From the NCBI GenBank assembly GCA_964016885.1, contig OZ024760.1:13144001-13208000 (forward strand): a DNA stretch of 64,000 nt, in the 5' to 3' direction. Position numbers and translations under genes: made by a program. This stretch comes from Eledone cirrhosa. Taxonomy: Eukaryota. How positions within the stretch are numbered: position 1 is the first letter of the stretch; each line of letters begins with the position of its first letter. Below, piece by piece: positions 56,494 through 64,000 of the stretch. The notes below the pieces were generated by a model, which worked only from the letters and a program-made list of their open reading frames with translations, was not told the DNA's origin and ran no database searches.

Positions 56494-57621
56494 AATATTA
56501 CACTCAATTTAAACTCTGGTTTGATTAAACCGTTTCATAAATTGAATGAAAATCTCAAATACGTAAATGTTGGGTCTAACCACCCCATCTCTATAATTAA
56601 ATCTATCCCTAAAAATATTTCCCTTAGAATCTCGGGTCTATCTTCTAACATACAAGTATTTAAGGAACACGCCGAGTACTACGATAACGCCCTTAGTAAA
56701 GCAGGCTACCTCAACAAAATAGAGTACATAGATGGGAACAATCAAAACACCCAAAATAAATCCCACATAGGTAGATATAATAACACAACACCAAACCACA
56801 CTTACTACCATAGTATGCACACCAGTAAACCAACAAACAAAACTAATAGAAAGCGATGCAAAGAGTACTTATGGTATAACCCCGAATACAATAGCTCCAT
56901 TAGTACAAATTTACCAGTACTCTTCTTTAAAATAATTAAAAGACATTTTCCCACATCACACAAATACCACAAAATCCTAAACCCTACCACTATAAGACTG
57001 TCATACTCTACAGCGTTAAACCTTGAACAACACATAAAAAAGATCAATACTAGAAGGTTAAACGAAAACACTAAGAACTTAAGTACAAAGAACCCCAAAA
57101 AAACAGTAGACAATACACTACAGAACATAAATAAACCACACCTAAGTTCGTCCGCAATACTACTCCAGAGAAAACCCAACGTACACAACTGTAACTGCAC
57201 CTATCCTGACAACTGCCCCCTCGGCAATAACTGCCTGGAAAAAAATATTATTTATAAGTGTACCATTAAATCCGGAGGCAACGAGTGGTATTACGTGGGA
57301 TCAACGGCAACATCGTTTAAATCTCGATTGTATAGGCATTCTTACTCAATAAAACACCAGAGCCAAAGAAATGTAACAACTTTAGCAGAGAAAGCTTGGA
57401 CGCTCAGGGATAGCAATCAAAAGTTTACCCTAAAATGGGAAAAATTAGCTAAAACCCAAAGCTTTTCCAGGAGCCAAAATTTCTGCAAATTGTGTAATCT
57501 TGAGATTTATTACATAATCACACACAAGAAGAAACTGCTGAATAACAGAATTGAACGAACATTATTCTGCCGTCACAGAACTAAAACCCTTTTTTCCCAC
57601 TACAAGCCGAATATTACATAA
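56494..57621 (+). pseudogene. PLE ORF fragment: RT domain 7/thumb, linker and GIY-YIG endonuclease
   Basis: ITLNL..G..KPFHK....KYVNVGSNHP, LWYNPEY, CNC-x5-CPLGNNC, NIIYKC...YYVGST..FKSRLYRH, CKLCNLE, LNNRIE...CRH; the first 8 codons of the track ORF come from the inverted arm. Confidence 0.92.
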
Positions 57622-57890
57622 AAGAGGGACATCCCCCAACTATATAAACCTTAATCTAGTTAGAAAAATATAAAAACAATCTCTTTTCAACATATATTAA
57701 TAACCTTAAATTACCATACTAATAATGAAAAGATATGCTGATGAGAATAGGTACAAATATGCGATAATGAATGTGTCTAAAAACGTCCATAAGTATGTAT
57801 ATATATGTGAAAATGTATATAAATAAGTAAATATATATATATGTTTGATGTGTATAGTTAGATGTAAGTGTATTCATGTATTAAAGTGCT

Positions 57891-57939
<49 letters not shown>

Positions 57940-57940
57940 G

Positions 57941-57985
<45 letters not shown>

Positions 57986-58572
57986 GTATATGTATATATG
58001 TATATATATATGTGTATGTATGTATGTGTATATGGATGTGTATGTATGTGTATGTGTGTACACATGGACTAGAGTATGTATGTATATATGTGTGTGTCTA
58101 TACGTGTGTATATATAAAGATAAGTTGAGTATGAAAATGTACACACATGAGCGCGTATGTATGTACATGAATACATGTGTGTATATATATGTGTATGCAT
58201 GTGTATATATATGTAAGTATGAATATGTGAATTGTGAGTATATGTATTTTGTAGAGGTGTGCAAATATATTTGTGTGTGAATGCGTGGGTGAAAGAATAC
58301 GTACACTTGAAAGAAAAATTTAAGTCTGAATGTTAAGTGCAAACACAAAACCAACCACGCATATCTTTACTATCTCTAATCCTTCTATAGATTTAGAAAA
58401 ATAACCAATAATATATTCTATAAAAAATGTCAAAACAACAGATGGGAATCTAATTAATCACTGCCACCAAGAATTCTCACTGCTATCGAAAAACCACTCC
58501 TTCAACTATTCTTCTAACAACTTCACCCCTTCCTCCTAATATTCTCTATAAAAACTAAATAGGTCCTCAGTA

Positions 58573-58623
58573 ATATTATTCTGATGAAATGACAGTAAAC
58601 AATAACATTGAAATATTGAATGT
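58573..58623 (+). ncRNA. Hammerhead-like core in the PLE 3' UTR (mirror at about 55494-55545, minus)
   Basis: tatt-CTGATGA-AATG...CATT-GAAA-tattgaatg; stems I and III weak. Confidence 0.6.
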
Positions 58624-58726
58624 CTGCATAACTAAAAGTTTGTAGATAGCTGTTTTAGGTTATGTAACTGTTATAGAAACACGTGTCAATAAATTCCTTT
58701 CAACTAAACTGTATCCATTCAAATCT

Positions 58727-58787
<61 letters not shown>

Positions 58788-59235
58788 GGGGTGTGTATGT
58801 GTTACAACATATAGAGCAGTATCTATTTGAACGCTGTCCTACTTCCAATTAATCCCCGCCACTACCACTACAACCACCACCACCACCACCACCACTACAA
58901 CCACCACCACCATCACCACTACAACCACCACCACCATCACCACCACTACAACCATCACCACCACCACCACTACAACCAACCACCACCACCACCACAATAA
59001 TAACTGGTCTATATTCAAATATTTAGAGATAGTTGTCACCATGAAGATGTTTATTTGGACAGATTTGTGAAGGAAAGAAAAATAATTGTTTCAAACAACC
59101 GTGAATTTATTTTTAATGAGAATATGATGAGAAGTGACAGGCAGAGGTGGGTAGATAGGTGGGTGGGTGGGTAGGTGGGTAGATAGATAGATAGATAGGT
59201 AGGTTGGTAGGTTGGTAGGTAGATAGATAGGTGGG

Positions 59236-59280
<45 letters not shown>

Positions 59281-60082
59281 TGGTAGGTAGATAGGTGGTT
59301 AGATAGATAGGTAGGTTGGTAGATAGATAGATAGACAGACAGATCTATATACATATTCCTCGATTGGCGTTTCCCCTCTCTATATAAAGTGAATGTGACG
59401 GACGAACGGACGGACAGACATCGCTCTTATTATATGAAATATAGATTCATGCAAGAAAACAAAAAAGGAAAACATTTTCCTGAAAGTGTGAGAGGTGAGG
59501 GGAAGACATGTTGAGAAGGTGTTGGGGAATTGTTTAATATTGGAAGTGTGGGTGGGTTGCTTAGATCTTATGAATATACTTATATAATGATAGGTGGGGG
59601 TGGAGGTTTCGGGTGAGTGAGGTGGTAGCAGTGTAGGTGGTGGAGGTGGAAGCGAGTGGGTTGGGATGGAGGATGGTGGAGGTGTCGGGTGGGTAGCAGT
59701 GTAGATGGTGGAGGTGGCATGGAGGAGGGAGCGAGTGTGTGGGGGTGGAGAGAGAAAATATGTAAAAGAAGAGAGAAGAAATATTAGAGGAAGAAAAAAA
59801 AGAAAAGAAAGGAAAAAAGAGGAGGAAGGATCGGTGAAGAGCAGGGAGAGGAGTGGGTGGAGATGAGGTGGAATGTGGGGTGGGGTGGAGATAGAGGTGA
59901 GGAGGAATACAGGGTGAGGGGGAGTAGGAAGAGATAATATCCTATTGATGGAAGATAACAATGAGAGGTCAATAAGTTTAAAGTTGTTTTACAAGAATGA
60001 ATGGAATAGCTGAGAAGTTAATGTAGGTGGGGTATATTAAATCTTAACCATTTAACATCTCAGGGTATGTCATATATCATTA

Positions 60083-60137
60083 TATTTTGTCTGATGAGGA
60101 CGTACTGTTGTACATCCGAAATATGTATAATAAAATG
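60083..60137 (+). ncRNA. Type-I hammerhead ribozyme in PLE 3' end (about 60055-60280)
   Basis: ATTTTGT-CTGATGA-GGA-c-GTAC-tgtt-GTAC-a-TCC-GAAA-TATGTA-TA-ATAAAAT; tail motif ACTC-cg...cg-TA-GAGT 60191-60218. Confidence 0.88.
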
Positions 60138-60288
60138 TAATTGATCAAAAGAACATCTATTTTATTAATATTTATATTTTAATATTAATAACTCCGGAAA
60201 ATTATTTTTTCGTAGAGTGCTTCCAATCTACTGTAAAACTTATTCTTTGACATAATCATTGAATATTGTTTAACACTTTAATATATAT

Positions 60289-60376
60289 AACGAAGGAATT
60301 GTGGTAAGGAACCAGATGGACCATAACGTACCAGAGTACTCAATACTTAGGGTAGTAGAGTGGGTCATACTTTTTC

Positions 60377-60380
<4 letters not shown>
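60289..60380 (-). mobile_element. Family C tail
   Basis: Matches 29829-29905; motif 60338-60361. Confidence 0.8.
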
Positions 60381-60424
<44 letters not shown>

Positions 60425-60429
<5 letters not shown>

Positions 60430-60914
60430 TAAAAACAATGAATAAAAACAAAGAAACAGTTCCTTATATTAAAAAATTCATCATTGTACGATCGTTTCTT
60501 GGATATATATGTGTGTGTTGGTATGTATATTATATAGATCTATGTAAAAATTTTACAAACTATCAGAGGAAATATACATACCTTCACATATATATGCTGT
60601 CTTCAGAAATAAGGTTATTTTTGAAGACAGCATATATATGTGAAGGTATGTATATTACCTCTGATAGTTTGTAAAATTTTTACATAGATCTATATAATAT
60701 ACATACCAACACACACATATATATCCTAGAAACGATCGTAAAATGATGAATTTTTTAATATAAGGAACAGTTTCTTTGTTTTTATTCATTGTTTTTATTA
60801 ATTTATCTTGACTCTGTTTTCCTGTGTTTTTCATCGAAAAAAATTTATGATATTTGGATTACATTGAGTTCTTCATACGGATTGGACACTACCCTATATT
60901 TTGGTAGATTTATT

Positions 60915-60918
<4 letters not shown>
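60425..60918 (+). mobile_element. PLE fold-back module with extended-stem hammerhead
   Basis: About 188-bp arms 60425-60612/60615-60802; tail ACTC-tgt...aca-TT-GAGT 60811-60869; (TA)n flanks. Confidence 0.87.
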
Positions 60919-60954
<36 letters not shown>

Positions 60955-60957
<3 letters not shown>

Positions 60958-61020
60958 ATTAAATAGCTCTGTACAATACATAGAGCACTCTTTCCTTTAC
61001 CTTTTCTACAGAAATACTTA
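60955..61020 (+). mobile_element. Orphan PLE 3' tail
   Basis: taattaaataGCTC-tgt-acaat-aca-TA-GAGCactc, homologous to 25855-25900. Confidence 0.7.
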
Positions 61021-61319
61021 ACACATAAAACATATATATGTGCGTGTGTGTAATATATATATATATATATATATCATATATAAATATATGTCTGTACGTG
61101 TGTGTGTATATATCACCATATTTGGTTGTGTTGCTTTGATTAATTTTGTCCAACTCTAAAGACAGGAGACTTCTACTTGTCACCAAATTAGGATCATGGC
61201 AGCTATAGTGGTCAGGTGGATAGCTGCCAATACAGCCGTTTATGTGTCTGTCTGTCTGTCTCTCTAGCTGTCAGTCTGTATGTCTCTCAAGCTCTCTATC
61301 TAACTCCACGTATTCCTCA

Positions 61320-62378
61320 CCAGACAACCGGTGTGGGCCCCGTTCGTGAGGCGAGCCTTCCCACGACTCGTCTCGCTGACTGAGCTGCAGTCCTTGGTCA
61401 AGCAAAGACCGAGGAAAATGGGCGACTGGCACATCGAATGTGCTCAGGCGCTCACAGTCCTCTGGCAAACGAACTCGGCGATCAGTGGAGACTCCACCTC
61501 GTCATTCTATAGAGGGCAGGTGGTTAGCAGGTGCGACGACGCCCTCGGAGAAACCCTAGGCATGGAGGAGGACGAACTGGTCAGCCTATTCGGTAGGACT
61601 TTCGGCCCGGGACCTATGGACAACTTCCAGAAGTCCTTGGCCTGGCAGTGCTATCGAGGGGCTCTGCCCGTTCGGGATAAGCTCTACAGACACGGGCGCC
61701 CGGGTAGGGACCCCTCGAAAAAGATCTGTCCCTGATGCGTACGCGACGAGGAAACCGTCGCGCACGCATTGGTGCACTGCCCGGGCGTTGCCGATCTGTG
61801 GGGCTATGTCGAACAACTGCTGTCACGGGTGGGACCAATTAGGTTGACCACCGAGTCCATTGTAACGATCAAGCCGCCCCCCCCCCCCCCCCTGCAAAAA
61901 TGAAGGAGAGGCGGTCTTCCTCTGTGTAATAGCCATGGTAAAAGAGGTTATATGGTGGACGCGTCTAAAAGGGCTGAGGTCGGACACCTTTCTTTCCGGC
62001 CAACAACTGGTCCTTTTCTTCCGATACCATTTGGGAAGAAGGATCAGGATGGAGAGAGAGGTGCTCCACTCCAGCCAGTTTTATCAAAGGTGGGTGAAAG
62101 TTGCGAGAATGGCCCGTGTGAATGGGCCTTCTCTCTACCTCAGCCTGTAGGTGGAAAAGGAAGAAGGGAGCACCCTCTTTTTGTGCTCCCGTGGAGAAGG
62201 GTCGCACATTTTTTTTCGGGGGTGTGTGTGACCCCAAAACGAGCCCTCCCTATTGAGAACCTTCTTGTTACAATTTTATTTATTACATTTTTCTTACTCG
62301 ATTTATATGTAAACCCCCCCCCCCCCCCCATGTACATGTCCCTTTCTTTTGTGCCCTAGTGGCAAATAAACAGAAATT
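61320..62378 (+). mobile_element. 5'-truncated Tx1/L1-type LINE (zf-RVT C-terminus and 3' UTR)
   Basis: LAWQCYRGALPVRDKL...CP*C..DEETVAHALVHCP....LW CCHC motif; premature stop at 61733, frameshift in poly-C near 61880; AATAAA at 62366; (TGTC)n on both sides. Confidence 0.88.
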
Positions 62379-62594
62379 TGTCTGTCTGTCTGTCTATCTG
62401 CCTGTCTGTCTGTCTGGAGTTGATGATAATGTATTTGAGATTGACGTTGAGGAAACTGGGATATTTAAGACCAACCGCGATGTTATTTCTTTCTGTCAAA
62501 ACTAAAGACTTCCAGTAATTACCTTTCAAACATTATTTGCTTTTGTTTTCGGCTTAGTTTTTACCTGCTGCTTGTTGTTGATATAGTTGTTGTT

Positions 62595-62625
<31 letters not shown>

Positions 62626-62641
62626 TTGCTGTTGTTGTTGT

Positions 62642-62676
<35 letters not shown>

Positions 62677-62829
62677 GTGTTGCTGCTATTGTTATTGTTG
62701 ATGATATAGTTGTTGTTGTTGTTGCTGCTGCTGCTGTTGTTGTTGTTGTTGCTGTTGCTGTTGCTGTTTCGTTGAGTAGCTTCAGATTGTGTATTATTGC
62801 GTTTTTACGTTTGCTCTTGACTCCTCCAG

Positions 62830-62861
<32 letters not shown>

Positions 62862-62922
62862 ATATACATACATACATATATATATATATATATCTGTGTG
62901 TATATATATAAATATATATATA

Positions 62923-62958
<36 letters not shown>

Positions 62959-63379
62959 TGCGAGTGTATGTGTATGTGTGTGTAAGCGGACTTTCCTGTT
63001 GCCGTCTCTATGTGTAGAAGGTTTATAAATAGATCCTTCAGCACGGCTGCCATTAGTGGAAGAGAAGTAGAGAAAGACAAGGAGTAAGAAGAAAGAACGG
63101 GTAGAGGTATGCTAGGACACCATATTTGCCGACACTTACCTTTCAAATTGAACCTAATGTAGTGTCAGGGGCTACATAGCAAATGGTAACAACAACAACA
63201 ACAACAGCAATAGTAACAATTTCAAAGAGTTCCTGTTCTTTAACTCTTTAGCATTTAAACCGGCCGTATCCGGCCAGAACTCACACCTTTTTCTGTTCAA
63301 ACCGGCTGTAACTGACCATTCATACCTACATTAAGGTATTGTTCTCTTAAATAAATAGTATCAAAATCTCATAAATTCG

Positions 63380-64000
63380 ATATTATGTGAGGTAAAACCT
63401 TTACTGTGAAAATACAATAGTATATATAGAGTAATGTAAATGTTATGTGAGATATTATGTGAGGTAAAGCCTTTACTGTGAAAATACAATAGTATATATA
63501 GAGTAATGTAAATGTTATCTGAGATATTATGTGAGGTAAAGCCTTTACTGTGAAAATACAATAGTATATATAGAGTAATGTAAATGTTATCTGAGATATT
63601 ATGTGAGGTAAAGCCTTTACTGTGAAAATACAATAGTATATATAGAGTAATGTAAATGTTATGTGAGGTAAAGCCTTTACTGTGAAAATACAATAGTATA
63701 TATAGAGTAATGTAAATGTTATCTGAGATATTATGTGAGGTAAAGCCTTTACTGTGAAAATACAATAGTATATATAGAGTAATGTAAATGTTATCTGAGA
63801 TATTATGTGAGGTAAAGCCTTTACTGTGAAAATACAATAGTATATATAGAGTAATGTAAATGTTATGTGAGGTAAAGCCTTTACTGTGAAAATACAATAG
63901 TATATATAGAGTAATGTAAATGTTATGTGAGGTAAAGCCTTTACTGTGAAAATACAATAGTATATATAGAGTAATGTAAATGTTATGTGAGATATTATGT
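63380..64000. repeat. 60/72-bp minisatellite running off the window end
   Basis: tgtgaggtaaagcctttactgtgaaaatacaatagtatatatagagtaatgtaaatgtta with optional 12-bp tctgagatatta. Confidence 0.95.

Larger units (their letters stand above)
55277..58732 (+). mobile_element. Young Penelope-like retroelement, 5'-truncated, with about 1.1-kb inverted arms
   Basis: Arms 55385-56499/57610-58732 nearly identical by eye; loop is the ORF; about 108-nt tail only on the left arm; (TA)n both sides. Confidence 0.93.

Noticed and set aside
55385-58732. DNA transposon with 1.1-kb TIRs
   Set aside because: ORF is RT-thumb plus GIY-YIG, not DDE; it is truncated by the left arm and the tail is asymmetric
61733-61735. 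In-frame TGA as selenocysteine or readthrough
   Set aside because: Falls at a non-Cys position of CPxC, likely CGA>TGA decay, and the copy also has a frameshift
62565-63170. Possible minus-strand exons (donors near 62564 and 63139; also 26575-26703)
   Set aside because: Only splice-like motifs with low-complexity or very short frames; unsupported without transcripts

Overview
AT-rich, microsatellite-dense metazoan DNA, mostly intronic or intergenic; the SINE/LINE content resembles an octopus genome (inference from recognition, not verified). Nearly all ORFs in the track are translations of (TA)n/(CA)n/(AAC)n tracts. Recognisable content: 5'-truncated LINEs (RTE with a PHD-type finger inside the RT, a second RTE, CR1-like, Tx1/L1-like in (TGTC)n), about 20 tRNA-derived SINE copies, small TA-flanked MITEs, several minisatellites and one probable low-complexity host exon on the minus strand. 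The main signal is a swarm of Penelope-like retroelement (PLE) 3' ends from 10 or more mutually dissimilar families, almost all embedded in (TA)n. Many are fold-backs carrying minimal type-I hammerhead ribozymes. About 20 copies share a covarying bulged stem-loop, RCTC-[stem-loop]-TH-GAGY, at the start of an unpaired 3' tail, and the inverted arm stops a few to about 25 nt before it. A young 3.45-kb copy (55277-58732) with an RT-thumb plus GIY-YIG ORF shows the same architecture. All structures were read by eye; coordinates are approximate to a few bases and nothing was computed or searched.
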